Assembly: GCA_051362555.1 (NCBI GenBank) | Contig: CM120646.1 | Coordinates: forward strand, 21,886,001 to 21,950,000 | Direction: 5' to 3' | From: Lingula anatina | Taxonomy: Eukaryota; Animalia; Brachiopoda | DNA length: 64,000 nucleotides | In this document: one piece after another, positions 1-13,170 of the stretch | How the letters are laid out: every line of letters starts with the position of its first letter | How positions within the stretch are numbered: the first letter of the stretch is position 1 | Notes under the pieces: generated by a model | Told to the model about the DNA's origin: nothing | Database searches by the model: none | What the model saw: the letters and a program-made list of their open reading frames with translations, nothing else | Translations under genes and position numbers: made by a program

Positions 1-990
1 CCATATTACATTTTCTGAATATCCATGATACTTTTATTTTTTTTTTATAAAAAATTGATGGTCATTATGCTGTTAAGTATTGTGTTATATTGCATGGAAG
101 TTGAAGAAACCTGTATTTTGGACACTGCTGCCAGGATAGCGATTAAGGGAAAACCATGTTACTTATGATACTCAAATTTACTGAAAAGTTTCATAAGACT
201 GAAGTGCAGCTTGTGTTGGAAAACCAGTGTGATTGTTTTCTGTTTTGGAAGCAATGCAGTTCTATAGAGTGAACTGTGGTGCTATAAATGTATATGGCAG
301 TATATTAATTCAGGGTCACAAACTAATTTGCTTAATTAATTTTCAAGTGGCCATTAAATGAGATTACATAAAACACACGTTCATAAAGTAATTTGCTTAA
401 TAATTTTTCAAGTGGCCATTAAATGAGATTACATAAAACACACGATGAGATTTCATTCTAAAGTCCCCTGGGTATATCTTTCTTAACTGTGTCACATAAT
501 TCGGAATCAATGATTATTGTGCAGGTAAATGTTAGTCATGTTAGTAATTAGACAGCTAGATTTAAAGTTTGAATAGCAGCTTTATTGGAATTTTTTGTTT
601 TGTTTTATTTTACATTTTCTTTTAATTATTTTTCAAACACTAGCATCTTCAAGATATCACTTTCAACTCCCATCCACCAGAAGCACTGTGCATTTTCTGT
701 TTTTCCACATAAGGAGTTGTGTTGGTTTTTATGTCTAATTATATTATTTTATGCACTGTCATCTTTTTTCACATATTGGGATTTTCATTATGTGAATTTT
801 GAACTCTCACATATGGTCCTGAAACTGTAATCTTATTGACCATGTTATTCTGTTGTACATTTTGTGTAATTTTATCTTTCACATACTGGAATTTTAATTG
901 TGGGACTTAAAACTCCCAAGGACATGTAACATTTAACTTTTATTGATACTACCTGTTGTGCAATATTTGCAACTTGACTGTTCTTTTTGG
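1..990 (+). mobile_element. Partial HINE family 1 copy (3' body)
   Basis: Colinear similarity to 37240-38340, which lies in a HINE1 copy. The 5' end is outside the window. Confidence 0.65.
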
Positions 991-1539
991 CAAATAATTA
1001 ATTTTCTTTCTAAAAAGTGTTTTTTTTTTTTTTTATAATCTCTTAAGATATTATTACAAAGTATAGCCATCTATGGATGTCACATGGTCTGATGAAAAGT
1101 TCAGATATCAGAATAATAGCTATGACTGCCCTTTTTGTAGTAAAACAAAATATATTATATTTCTGCGAGTTGTTTACACTGTTTAAACTCAAGTTGAAAG
1201 ATTTTATGATCTGAGAGATTTTATGTTCCGTGAAACTTGCTAGTGTTTCAATGTCCATGTTACCTGTAGTACATATGTAAGAGGGCAAGAGTAATTATGA
1301 TGTTTTAAAGCATTATGTAACAGCTCATCAGAAATGACCAAAACATATTATGGTGCACTCTTTTCTGCATATTGTGATCACCCCAATTGATGTTGAAGTC
1401 AATACGTGAAAATGAACCCAATTTCACTCTGACATTCAACATACAAACCATAAAAAAAGCATTAAGTAAATGAATTAATTTATTAATAGACCTCATATTT
1501 GCTAGGAAAGTAGCTTGCTGTCTAATTATGTCATTCCAG

Positions 1540-1929
1540 CTTCCTTGCCAAGTTGTGATGACGCCATCAGTGTTACTCTACCCTCGTCTTACTCTGTACG
1601 CACTGGACACAGCGTCACACTGCAGTGTACATTTACTCCTTATGCAGTGGAGTACCAAGTGAAGTGGTCGTGGAATTCAGAGGAGTATGAACTAGTTATA
1701 GGTAACTTAACTGGTACACCTGCAATACGTCCCAATGGGGGTGTTCTACAGCCAGCATGGAATGGAAGGTTGTCATTCCAGTCTCCAGCCTCACTTGTCA
1801 TCAGTGGTGTCACTGCAGCAGATGCTGGGACCTACACATGTGGGGTGAAGATAACATTAACATACCCATCAACATGTTCACCAGCTAACAGTCGCTATTT
1901 TGCATCAGATACAACCCTCTCTATTACAG
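1540..1929 (+). CDS. IgSF exon E1: V-set Ig domain (follows a signal-peptide exon not seen in the window)
   Basis: Acceptor tcattccag|1540, donor acag|gtgaat, phase 1-1. Translation has SVTLQC...VKWSW...GRLSF...ASLVISGVTAADAGTYTCGV...TTLSIT. Confidence 0.9.
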
Positions 1930-2201
1930 GTGAATCCGACAGTTGTCAATGTTGCATATTCTTGTAAAATATTGAAAATGGATATTTTATATTGCTGTAA
2001 AGATACATGTAAGTGGAGCATGTAAACAAACCATATGTTATTCTACTGGGAATGAAAAAACAATTTTATAATAAACAGATTATGTAATATAACTGAGTAT
2101 GTTAATAACGTGGCACAAAAAATGTCAGAATATTATTTTCTCATCTGCTTCAGATGAATTCTTGTCACAATCCCATTTAAAGTTCAACAGCTTTGTTTTA
2201 G

Positions 2202-2468
2202 TTCCAGTTGGGGGTGTTTCTGTATCCCGTTCACGTGCCACAGGACATGATGTAACCAAGGGAGACACCGCATATCTGAGTTGTACGACAACATCAGGAT
2301 CGACACCCATAACATATACATGGCTCCTGAACAATACACCATTACAGCAGACTGGCAGGGAGTTGACAATCAGCAATATACAACCAAACCAAGCAGGACC
2401 ATACAGATGTAATGTCAGCAACACCATATCATGGCAACAGTCAGGAACATTCACATTTAATGTGTTGT
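2202..2468 (+). CDS. IgSF exon E2: I/C2-type Ig domain
   Basis: Acceptor ttttag|2202, donor t|gtaagt, phase 1-1. Translation GDTAYLSC...PITYTWLLNN...ELTISNIQPNQAGPYRCNVSN. Confidence 0.9.
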
Positions 2469-2852
2469 GTAAGTGTCTCTGAACAAAAATTGTCAACTTC
2501 GATTGATGGTTAACTGTTAGAATGATTTCTTTCAGTGAATTTAAACAATAAGTACATGTATATAGCCTTAAAGAAAGGGGATCGAATAATGAAATCTAGA
2601 GTTATTATACAAAGCAGACCCATGAAGGTGTAAAGCAATTAACATATACAGAGATTGCATTAAACGATTATGCATTAACCTGTAAAAAAAGGTAATATAA
2701 AGTAATACATTGAAACATAAATGGGTATATACTTTTAATCTCAGTGTCCATACTGACAGGTTACAACTCAGCACTACATGCAGTAGCTGTCCACTCCTCA
2801 TACAATTGTAAAAAGAGAACTGGTACATAAAGTGGTATTATATTTTCTTCAG

Positions 2853-3164
2853 ATGCCCCTGACAACTGGCAGAACCTACCTACACTGACAGGTTACAACT
2901 CAGCAGTAGACAAACTGGTCACTGGGGAGTCATCTGTGACCCTGACCTGTAGTGCACCTGGCGGGAATCCTTTAGCATCCTTAAGCTGGACTTCAGGGTG
3001 TCCAAGTGGTACAAGGAGTGATCAGTCCACCTCAAACACGTCAGAGATCAGACTTCAGTTTACAGTACAAACCAGTCACCATCAAACCACGTGTGGTTGT
3101 CGTGCTACACATGCACAGGGAACACCTTCATCTAGGGAGAGACAAGTCACCTTCTTTGTTATAC
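2853..3164 (+). CDS. IgSF exon E3: C2-set-like Ig domain
   Basis: Acceptor ttttcttcag|2853, donor c|gtacgt, phase 1-1. Translation YAPDNWQNLPTLTGY...VTLTCSAPGGNPLASLSW...HHQTTCGCRATH. Confidence 0.88.
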
Positions 3165-3455
3165 GTACGTAATATATTTTTTCGAATTTTGGTTAAGTGA
3201 CTTTTCTTGCTATATGTGAGTAATTGTTTGTATTCAGTAAATTTTATCATGAGATAAGATCAATAAAATACATTTGTTATTATCTTAAATATTAAGTGAA
3301 AATATAGCTTTCTGTCTTTTTAATTAGACTCAATACTCAGTTGTAAGTTCATGTATATGTACCGGTAATTGTCAGTGTTCGATATAAGTATGCTAGAAAC
3401 ATTTTTGTGATAGGTATGTTTATCAAATCTTTTATTTTTCTATCTAAACATCCAG

Positions 3456-3743
3456 ATCCCCCAAGAAGTGTGAGTATCACACCAAGTCCTCCATTACCGT
3501 GGTTGGCGACAGGACAGAACCCAACCACCAATGCCCAGCTGACATGTTCGGCTACTGGTGGTTATCCAACACCAACGTTGTCATGGCAACGTAACTCTGT
3601 GTCTGTACCAGGGTCAACAACATACACTTTCCAGTCTGTAAACATCAGTGAAAACCAAGTGGAATACAAGTGCCTGGCTTCAAATGAATACACTACAACA
3701 AAGGGAGTTACTGTTCAGAAGGCGCTACGCCCTGACGTTCAGT
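3456..3743 (+). CDS. IgSF exon E4: Ig domain
   Basis: Acceptor tccag|3456, donor t|gtaagt, phase 1-1. Translation PPRSVSITP...AQLTCSATGGYPTPTLSWQRN...VEYKCLASN...PDVQ. Confidence 0.9.
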
Positions 3744-4003
3744 GTAAGTATGTACAGTGCATGGTGTCAATTTGGCCTGGTGTTTTTTGGCATATCAGGG
3801 TGTGGACTGCCATAGTGATGTATGTAAAGATACTGTAATTAATTTGATTGGAAATAAATTTGGAAGAAGCTATTTCTACTTTCCTTACTAATTTGGTTTT
3901 TATATTTCATACATTCATATCTTCAAACATTATATAACTGTTTTCTCATTTATGCACATGAATTAGTATTATATAGTCGTTTTCATATTCTACATTTCCA
4001 TAG

Positions 4004-4267
4004 ACCACCCCATAGTTCAGGTCAGTGTCTCTCCCAGCAGTACCAGGGAGGTCAACGAGTCTGTTACTTTAATATGTACAGCAAACGGCAACCCAACTGT
4101 CACTTCCTATAGATGGCAGAAAGGTAGCTGGACAACAAGACAAGCTAACCATACTATACAACAACTGACCAAGTATGATACAGGACAGTACACCTGTAGT
4201 GTAACAGCCAACTCGGCCAGACATGGGGATCTTATCTCTACTGGGTATATTACTCTCACTGTACAAT
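4004..4267 (+). CDS. IgSF exon E5: I-set-like Ig domain (absent from the ORF track)
   Basis: Acceptor tttccatag|4004, donor t|gtaagt. Hand translation YHPIVQVSVSPSSTREVNESVTLICTANGNPTVTSYRWQKG...KYDTGQYTCSVTA...ITLTVQ. Confidence 0.9.
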
Positions 4268-4445
4268 GTAAGTACCTAGTTGGTTTAGGTCTATATGCAG
4301 CAAAAAGATTAAAATATACTAATAGATAAACATGTGCACGTTTTTTGCTCCAACTAAATATATAATTCATGAAAATATACCCTTTATGCCCATCCTAATA
4401 AACACTTGATTTTAACTTGCACAGCCTAAACCATCATAATTACTT

Positions 4446-4610
4446 AATATAGGTCTTTGTGGTGGGCAATTTAAATTGAGATACAATAATCATACCAAGT
4501 CATTTAGGGACAAGAAATATGCTGCAGATACTGAGTTATCGAAATACATTTGGAAATTAACGGAAAATAACACCCAGTATGACATTAGATGGGACATCAT
4601 AAAGAAATCA
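4446..4610 (+). mobile_element. Fragment of a Penelope-like element GIY-YIG endonuclease
   Basis: Translation (N)IGLCGGQFKLRYNNHTKSFRDKKYAADTELSKYIWKLTENNTQYDIRWDIIKK matches the typical YIG..FKxRYNNH..SF...TELSKYIWKL..W pattern of Penelope-like elements. Truncated on both sides. Confidence 0.75.
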
Positions 4611-4751
4611 TCAAAATTTGAAGAAACCCCCATTTTGGGCACTGCTTCCATGATGACCATTTAAGGAAAATCATGTCACTTACTGTTTTCAAACTTACAG
4701 GATAGAAACATGGGACTAAAATACAGCTTCAGTAGGCAATGCAGTCTGTTT

Positions 4752-4794
<43 letters not shown>

Positions 4795-5227
4795 AGTTAA
4801 ACAGTTTTTTGTGAAAATTTAATTTTTCACATATTGACATTTTCAAGGTGTGACTTTAAAGTTCCATGATCTTGAAGACTTTTGCTTTTCACATTTTCTG
4901 AATGTCCATGTTACTAATATTTTATTAATAACATTTGATTGTCATTATGCTGTTAAACATTATGTAATGTTGCATCAAAATTTGAAGAAACCCCTATTTT
5001 GGGCACTGCTCCTATGATGACCATTTAAGGGAAATCATGTCACTTACTGTTCTCAAACTTACAGGAAAGAAACATGGGTCTAACATACAGCTTCAATAGG
5101 CAACGCAGTCTGTTTGGTAAATTTTTCTGGCAATTTAACAGTTTTTTGTGAAAATTTAATTTTTCACTTATTTGCATCTTTATTTTCTGTTCTTTGTCTG
5201 TACATTTGACAGCTTTGCTGCCTTGTT
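4609..5227 (+). mobile_element. 5'-truncated HINE family 1 copy
   Basis: Near-identical to 18318-18924. Ends in tgtctgtacatttgacagctttgctgccttgtt. Confidence 0.85.
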
Positions 5228-5494
5228 AAAGTAAATATAAGATTCTTACTAGATACTTACTAATCAATAAATAACTTTTTAATCGACATGTGTTTTAACA
5301 GTTAAAATCCAATTAACTACTGTAGTCTAGTACTGCCAGCCAGTACATTGCATTGACTTTGGTTACAATTTTGGGCACTTTTGCGTTAGAAGTTTAGGTC
5401 ATCATATATATTTAAAGGGTCATTACAAAGAGACTGGACTGCCCTGTTACTTTTAACCTTGGTCTCATTGATGTGTTTGTGATTGTTTTTTCAG

Positions 5495-5833
5495 GTGCCT
5501 TTTCAATCGTAACGGTGACAACCGATCCACAAGTGAATGTGAGCAGAGTTGGAGAACAGGTAACATTGAGTTGCCGATATACATTTGACAATTCTACAGA
5601 TCCTGCTGCCATTAAATGGTATAAGGTGGATGTTGTAGATCCAATATATAGTAAAATTTCTACATTGCCAACCGGTACATATGGACCTGGTTACAATAAC
5701 AAACTGTTATCAAATGGATCCTCTATAACTTTTGTTTTCACAAATGCAACTGATGCTGGAACTTATAACTGCTCAGTAGAAAATTATAACACTGGAGAAA
5801 AGAACACATCACAGGTGTACATGATGATACAAG
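5495..5833 (+). CDS. IgSF exon E6: V-set-like Ig domain beginning with a signal-peptide-end-like segment (AFS|IVTV)
   Basis: Acceptor ttttttcag|5495, donor g|gtactg, phase 1-1. Translation GEQVTLSCRYTF...AIKWYK...TDAGTYNCSVEN, with many NxS/T sites. Confidence 0.9.
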
Positions 5834-6082
5834 GTACTGATATATTTTCATTACTTACACCGGTGCATTGATGATATCTTTGTGCACAGACACAATAGCT
5901 TCAACTTACACATTAAAAATTAATTAATAAAAATAAAGATACTAACTATAACGAGCATGCATGATTCTACAGTTTAATGGGGCAAGTTGATCTAGCTGTA
6001 TTGCATAATTGTATAACACATTTTGACCCATAATGATGATTTTTCTTGATTATTGTTTACTTTACTGATATATTTTCTTCAG

Positions 6083-6391
6083 TTGATCCTGACAGTATAT
6101 ATGTTCAGAGGAAAGATTCAGGGGATTTGGAAAAAGATGGTACCCTTAAACTATTTGTTTCATCCACACATGCAAGACCGCTTGTTAAGCATTCCTGTGA
6201 AATAGCTGGGGAACAATTAAGTGGAAGTCAACCATCATATAACCTGAGCAATCCAGTGTATGATCCACTATATGGATCTACAGATACACAGTTTGATATT
6301 AAAGTGAATACCGGGTACGATGGAGAGCAAGTCAAATGCTGTGTAACTGGCTCAAGAATCTGCAGCAACTTTACTTTCCCAAATATAAAAA
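6083..6391 (+). CDS. IgSF exon E7: divergent C2-set-like Ig domain
   Basis: Acceptor ttttcttcag|6083, donor a|gttagt, phase 1-1. Translation LEKDGTLKLFVSSTHARPLVKHSCEIAG...YDGEQVKCCVTG...FPNIK. Confidence 0.75.
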
Positions 6392-8803
6392 GTTAGTATA
6401 AAGCTCTGGAAAAAAAAAAAAGGTTTCTAGTAACTTATTCAAGTTGTTTTTATGTACAGACACAGATGTGTCTGTACATATAGCCGTCATCTGCGTCTGT
6501 CGTCGCCGTTGCCGTCGTTGCTGTCGTCGCCGTCGTCTCCATCGCCGTGCACTTTTACTGATAACACGATAAGTGGAAAACTGTTTTTTCTTTTTGTTTG
6601 AAACTTACAGAACTGATGAATATTCATAATACGCAGGTCGAGTTCGAAAATCAGCATGATCGGGTCACTTATTGGGAATTTATATATGCAGCACCGATAA
6701 CACGATAAGTGGAAAACCATTTTACTTTTTGGCTTGAAACTTACAGAACTGATGAATATACTTACTACGCAGGTCAGGTTCGAAAATCAGTGAATTTAGG
6801 CTGTTTTTTCACTTTTTTCAGTATATATGCAACACTGATAACACAATATAAGAAAAACAGATTGGCCAATTGTCATTATACTCACAGGAGGGGCCAATCT
6901 TACTAAAACGCAGGTTGAGTTTGAAAATCAGCATAATCAGTCCATTATTTTAGAAGTTATGCTCTTTTTTCACATTTCCTCACATTCAATTCTTAGGCAT
7001 GTTAACAGTCTCATTATTGAACTAATAAGATACTTAAAAGTGTTTGTTTGACATTTCCTGCATCTTTACAACATTGTTAGTTGATTTTGTAAAAATGATG
7101 GTAAACTTGTTATCATGTATTGTGTAATTAAGTGTCAAAAATGGAAATAAACTCATATCATTGCAGTTTGTCAGATGCATTCATCCACTATGTTCAGAAT
7201 CTCAGAATGGAGGAAGTTGGACATTTAACACTGTTCTATTGATACTTTTCCCATCTCATCAATTTTCTTCATTGGTCATATAAAAATGGCAGTAAACTGT
7301 TTATTTTGTTTTATGTTAAAAAAGTGTTAAAAATGGAAATAAACCCATTTCAGAACAGTGCTGTCTTGTTTACATTTTGGCATTTTCAATATGTGACTTT
7401 GAAGTTCCATGGGCCTGAAGACTTTTGCTAGTTACATTTTCTGAATAACCATGATACTAATATTTTATAATTAAAAATTGATGGTCATTATGCTGTAAAA
7501 CATTATGTACAGTAATATTGCATCAAAATTTGAAGAAACCCCTATTTTGGGCAGTGCTCCCATGATGACCATTTAAGGAAAATCATGTCACTTACTGTTC
7601 TCAAACTTACAGGAAAGAAACATGGGACTAAAATACAGCTTCAGTAGGCAATGCAGTCTGTTTGGTAAATTTTTCTGGCAATTAAACAGTTTTTTGTGAA
7701 AATTTAATTTTTCACATATTGGCATTTCCAAGGTGTGACTTAGAACCTCCACGGGCTTGAAGACCCATGCTAGTCACATTTTGTGAAAATCCATGACACT
7801 TATATTTTATTATTAAAAATCGATGGTCAGTATGCTGTTAAGCATTATGTAATGTTGCATCAAAATAGAAGAAAACGCAATTTTTGGTGCTGCTGCCTTG
7901 ATGACCATTATGGGAAAACCGTGTTACTTATGACTGTCAAACTTTCAAAAAAGAAACACAGGACTAAAATGCAGCCTGAGTTAGAAAAGCAGTCTAATTG
8001 GCTTCTTTTTCTGGAAGTTATACATTTTAGTGTAATATTCGTTATCTTTTTGGCATATTCTTTGTGGGACTCGGAGCTCCCATGGACATGAAGCCAAATG
8101 GTAATCATATTTTCTACATGTCCATCCTATTTATAGTCAATAAACAAAAATTGGTGATAATTATTCTCTAATTTATTATGTAATGTTACATCAAAATTGA
8201 CAACAATCTTTTTGCACTGCTACTGCAAACATTATGAAAAGAAAACTGTGCTACTTATTATAATTTTAAACTTACAAGTACAATTTTTAGGATTGGCCTT
8301 CAGCTCATGAGAAAACCAGCTCTATTGGATTATCATGTTTATTGTATTTATGCATTTTTTGTGAAATTTTCATTTTTCTCATTCTGGCACTTTCTAAGTA
8401 TAAACTTGAACTCTGATGGGCCTGGAGCCTTATGCTTTTACTTTCGTCTGTGTTACCTGTTGTGCATAAGTTGATGTTGACTGTGCAGTTAAACATAATG
8501 TATTATTGCATCAGGATTGGTAGTCTCCTATTTTGGGCATTATGGTTTTGTGCTTTTCTTAAGGTGTGACTTATGGGCCTGAAGACCTTTGAGTGGGTCA
8601 GTCTGTAAATTACCCTTGGGCATCAGTAGATTAATTTCAGAGTTATAAAGTCATTTGCTTTAATAGGCCATTAAATGAGATTACGTAAAGCACACTTGTT
8701 GATATTTCCCTGTAATCTCCCAAAGGTAAAGCTCTCTGCTAGATTAATAATAAGGAAGCAGTGATAATTATGCAGGTAAATTTTGTTTAATATTGCAAAT
8801 AAG

Positions 8804-8804
<1 letters not shown>

Positions 8805-8885
<81 letters not shown>
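8805..8885. repeat. (TA)n microsatellite
   Basis: About 40 TA units. The homologous site near 13936 has only about 10. Confidence 0.95.
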
Positions 8886-8887
<2 letters not shown>

Positions 8888-8934
8888 AACTGGAAGATTA
8901 AAAGTTTGAATAGCATCTTCATTGGAATTATATT

Positions 8935-9169
8935 TACCTCAAGCTCTGCCAAGGGGGTTATATTTTCACCCCTGTTTGTCTGTCATCCACATAACACAAA
9001 AAGTTATGGACCAATTTTGCAGAAATTTTCAGGAACTGTCGGAAGTGGGCCAAAGTGGACAATGATTAATTTTTGGTGGTGGTCTGGATCAATAATCAAT
9101 CAATTATCAATAATAAGCAACAATTGCTGCCTTGGCAGAGGTCTGCACTCTCAAAGTGCTTTTCTAGTT
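8935..9169 (+). mobile_element. Short HINE family 3 element nested in HINE1 (second copy about 14004-14193)
   Basis: ttacctc..tgccaagggggttat head, ccttggcagaggt subterminal IR, gcactc..agtgc stem-loop and ctagtt end. Confidence 0.7.
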
Positions 9170-11158
9170 TTGTTGTTTTCCTTTATAATTTTTTCTCAAA
9201 CACTTGCATTTGTGACTTTTAACTCTCATCTGCCTGGGGCTCTGCACATTTTCTGTATTTCTACATAAGCAGTTGTATTGTTTTTTGTCTTTAAACATTA
9301 TGTAATATTATTTTATGCACTGTCATCATTTTTCAAATATTGAGAATTTCATAATGTGAATTTGAACTCTCATGGTCCTGAAACTGTAATCTTATTGAAG
9401 GGGTGGATTGAGACCATCTTCTGGGTCTTCCGGAAGACAGTCAGGTTATTAAGCTTATATTGACTGGTATCTATTTTTTTCTGTTGGAAGACCATCAAAA
9501 TGCAGGATGGATCAACATAGATACTTTGTAATACTGTCAGAAAATATCTCTGGGTCTGCTCCTGTTATTGACCATGTTACCCGTTGTGCAAGATTAAAAT
9601 TCAGTGTTGACTGACAGTGCTATTATAAGCATTATTTATTATTGCATCAAAATTGACAAAATGACCTTTTTTGCATCTTTATTTTCTGTTTTTTGTCTGT
9701 ACATTTGACAGCTTTGCTGCTTTGTTTAGAACTTAAATTTTTAAAATAATACAATTGTGGATTTTAAAGGATTTAGAATGTGTCCATATTAAATGTGTCA
9801 TGGTTTTGTTTTGTGTGTCAAGAACTACAGGAGTTATGCAAATGGCTTACTTTTATATAGATCCTGGCTGAGGCAATATTTATGTACAGACACAGAAGTG
9901 CCTGTACATATTCCTGTCACCTTTACCTGCAGCTGGTGCCACAGTGGTGCACATTTCTTGTTCAGATATAAACTCCAGAACATCCCAAGGAGGATAGCAA
10001 ATGCTTGTTCAGGGTGAGACTTACTTGTAGTATCTGCGTACGCACCTTACTTTTTATGTACAGACACAGATGTGTCTGTACATATTGCCATCATCTGCGT
10101 CTGTTGTCGCCGTCGCCGTTGGCGTACACTTTTACCGTAAACACGATAAGTGAAAAACCGTTTTACCTTTTGGCTTGAAAGTTACAGAACTGATGAATAT
10201 TCATAATACGCCGGTCGAGTTCGAAAATCAGCATAATCGGGCTATTTTTAGGGAAGTTATGCTGTTTTTTCAATTTTTTCAGCATATATGCAACACCGTA
10301 AGCACGATAAGTGGAAAACGGTTTAACTTTTTGGCTTGAAAGTTACAGAACTGATGAATATTCATAATACGCCAGTCAACTTCGAAAATCAGCATGTTCG
10401 GGTCATTTTTAGGGAATTTATGCTTTTTTTCCCACTTTTTTCAGCATATATGCAACACCGTAAACACGATAAGTGGAAAATGGTTTTACCTTTTGGTTTG
10501 AAACTTACAGAACTGATGAGTATTTATAATACGCAGGTCAAGTTCGAAAATCAGCATGATAGAGCCACTTTTATGGAAGTTATGCTGTTTTTTTTTTTCA
10601 GCATATATATGCAACACTGATAACACAATATAAGAAAAACAGATATGCCAATTGTCATTGTACTCACAGAAGTGGTCAATCTTACTAAAACATAGGATGA
10701 GTATGAAAATCAGCATAATCCGGCCATTATATTAGAAGTTATGCTTTTTTTCACATTTCCTCAGATTCAATTCTTAGACATGTTAATAGTCTCATTATTG
10801 AACTAATAAGATACGCAAAAGTGTTTGTTTGACATTTCCTGCATCTTTACAATATTGTCAGTTGATTATGTAAAAATGATGGTAAATTTGTTATCGTGTA
10901 TTGTGTAATGAAGTGTCAAAAATGGAAATAAACACATATCATTGCAGTTTGTCAGATTCAATCATCCGCTATGTTCAGAATCTTAGAATGGAGGACAATG
11001 GACATTTAACACTGTTCTATTGATATATTTCCCATCTCATCAATTTTCGTAGTTGGTCATATAAAAATGGCAGTAATTGTTTATTTTGTTTTATGTTAAA
11101 AAAGTGTTAAAAATGGAAATAAACCCATTTCAGAAAAGTGCTGTCTTGTTTACATTTT

Positions 11159-13170
11159 GGCATTTTCAAGATGTGACTTTGAAGTTCCATGGTCCTGAAG
11201 ACCTTTGCTAGTCACTTTTTCTGAATATCCATGATACTAATAATTTATTATTAAAAACTGATGGTCATTATGCTGTTAAACATTATGTAATATTGCATCA
11301 AAATTTGAAGAAACCCCTATTTTGGGCACTATTCCCATGATGATCATTTAAGGAAAATTATATCACTCACTGTTCTCAAACTTACAGGAAAGAAACATGG
11401 GACTAAAATACAGCTTCAGTAGGCAATGCAGTCTGTTTGGTAATTTTTTCTGGCAGTCAAACAGTTTTTTGTGAAAATTTAAATTTTCACATTTTGGCAT
11501 TTTCCAAGGTGTGACTTTAAAGTTCCATGATCCTGAAGACCTTTGCTAGTCACGTTTTCTGAATGTCCATGTGACTAATATTCTATTAATGAAATTTGAT
11601 AGTCATTATGCAGTTAAACATTATGTAATGTTGCATCAAAATTGAAGAAACCCCTATTTTGGGCACTGCTCCCATGATGACCATTTAAGGAAAATCATGT
11701 CACTTACTGTTCTCTAACTTACAGGAAAGAAACATGGGACTAAAATATAGCTCCAGTAGGCAATGCAGTCTGTTTGGTAAATTTTTCTGGCAATTAAACA
11801 GTTTTTTGTAAAAATTTAATTTTTCACTTATTGGCATTTTCAAGGTGTGACTTTGAAGTTCCATGATCCTGAAGACCTTTGCTTGTCACATTTCCTGAAT
11901 ATCCGTGATACTAATATTTTATAATTAAAAATTGATGGTCATTATGCTGTTAAACATTATGTAATATTGCATCAAAATTTGAAGAAACCCCTATTTTGGG
12001 CACTGCTCCCATGATGACCATTTAAGGAAAATCATGTCACTTACTGTTCTCTAACTTACAGGAAAGAAACATGGGACTAAAATATAGCTTCAGTAGGCAA
12101 TGCAGTCTGTTTGGTAATTTTTTCTGGCAGTCAAACAGTTTTTTGTGAAAATTTAAATTTTCACATTTTGGCATTTTCAAGGTGTGACTTTAAAGTTCCA
12201 TGATCCTGAAGACCTTTGCTAGTCACGTTTTCTGAATGTCCATGTGACTAATATTCTATTAATGAAATTTGATAGTCATTATGCAGTTAAACATTATGTA
12301 ATGTTGCATCAAAATTGAAGAAACCCCTATTTTGGGCACTGCTCCCATGATGACCATTTAAGGAAAATCATGTCACTTACTGTTCTCTAACTTACAGGAA
12401 AGAAACATGGGACTAAAATATAGCTCCAGTAGGCAATGCAGTCTGTTTGGTAAATTTTTCTGGCAATTAAACAGTTTTTTGTAAAAATTTAATTTTTCAC
12501 TTATTGGCATTTTCAAGGTGTGACTTTGAAGTTCCATGATCCTGAAGACCTTTGCTTGTCACATTTCCTGAATATCCGTGATACTAATATTTTATAATTA
12601 AAAATTGATGGTCATTATGCTGTTAAACATTATGTAATGTTGCATCAAAATTTGAAGAAACCCCTATTTTGGGCACTGCTCCCATGATGACCATTTCAGA
12701 AAAATCATGTCAATTACTGTTCTCAAACTTACAGGAAAGAAACATGGGTCTAAAATACAGCTTCAGTAGGCAATGCAGTCTGTTTGGTAAATTTTTCTGG
12801 CAATTAAACAGTTTTTTGTGAAAATTTAATTTTTCACATATTGGCATTTCCAAGGTGCGACTTAGAACCTCCATGGGCTTGAAGACCCGTGCTAGTCACA
12901 TTTTGTGAAAATCCATGACACTTATATTTTATTATTAAAAATCCATGGTCATTATGCTGTTAAGCATTATGTAATGTTGCATCAAAATAGAAGAAAACAC
13001 AATTTTTGGTGCTGCTGCCTTGATGACCATTATGGAAAAACCGTGTTACTTATGACTGTCAAACTTTCAAAAAAGAAACACAGGACTAAAATGCAGCCTC
13101 AGTTAGAAAAGCAGTCTAATTGGCTTCTTTTTCTGGAAGTTATACATTTTAGTGTTATATTCATTATCTT
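11159..13170 (+). repeat. ~337-bp tandem array, about 6 units, inside HINE1
   Basis: tggcattttcaaggtgtgactt recurs at about 11159, 11495, 11832, 12170, 12506 and 12842. Confidence 0.85.

Larger units (their letters stand above)
6447..9726 (+). mobile_element. HINE family 1 (Helentron/DINE-1-like non-autonomous element)
   Basis: 5' hairpin tatgtacagacaca-ga-tgtgtctgtacata, (gtc/gcc)n microsatellite and internal repeats. The 3' subterminal IR tgtctgtacat is followed by the stem-loop cagc-ttt-gctg. T-rich flanks, no TSD. Confidence 0.85.

Noticed and set aside
8671-9268. ORFs with poly-IY
   Set aside because: Artefacts of the (TA)n microsatellite inside a HINE.
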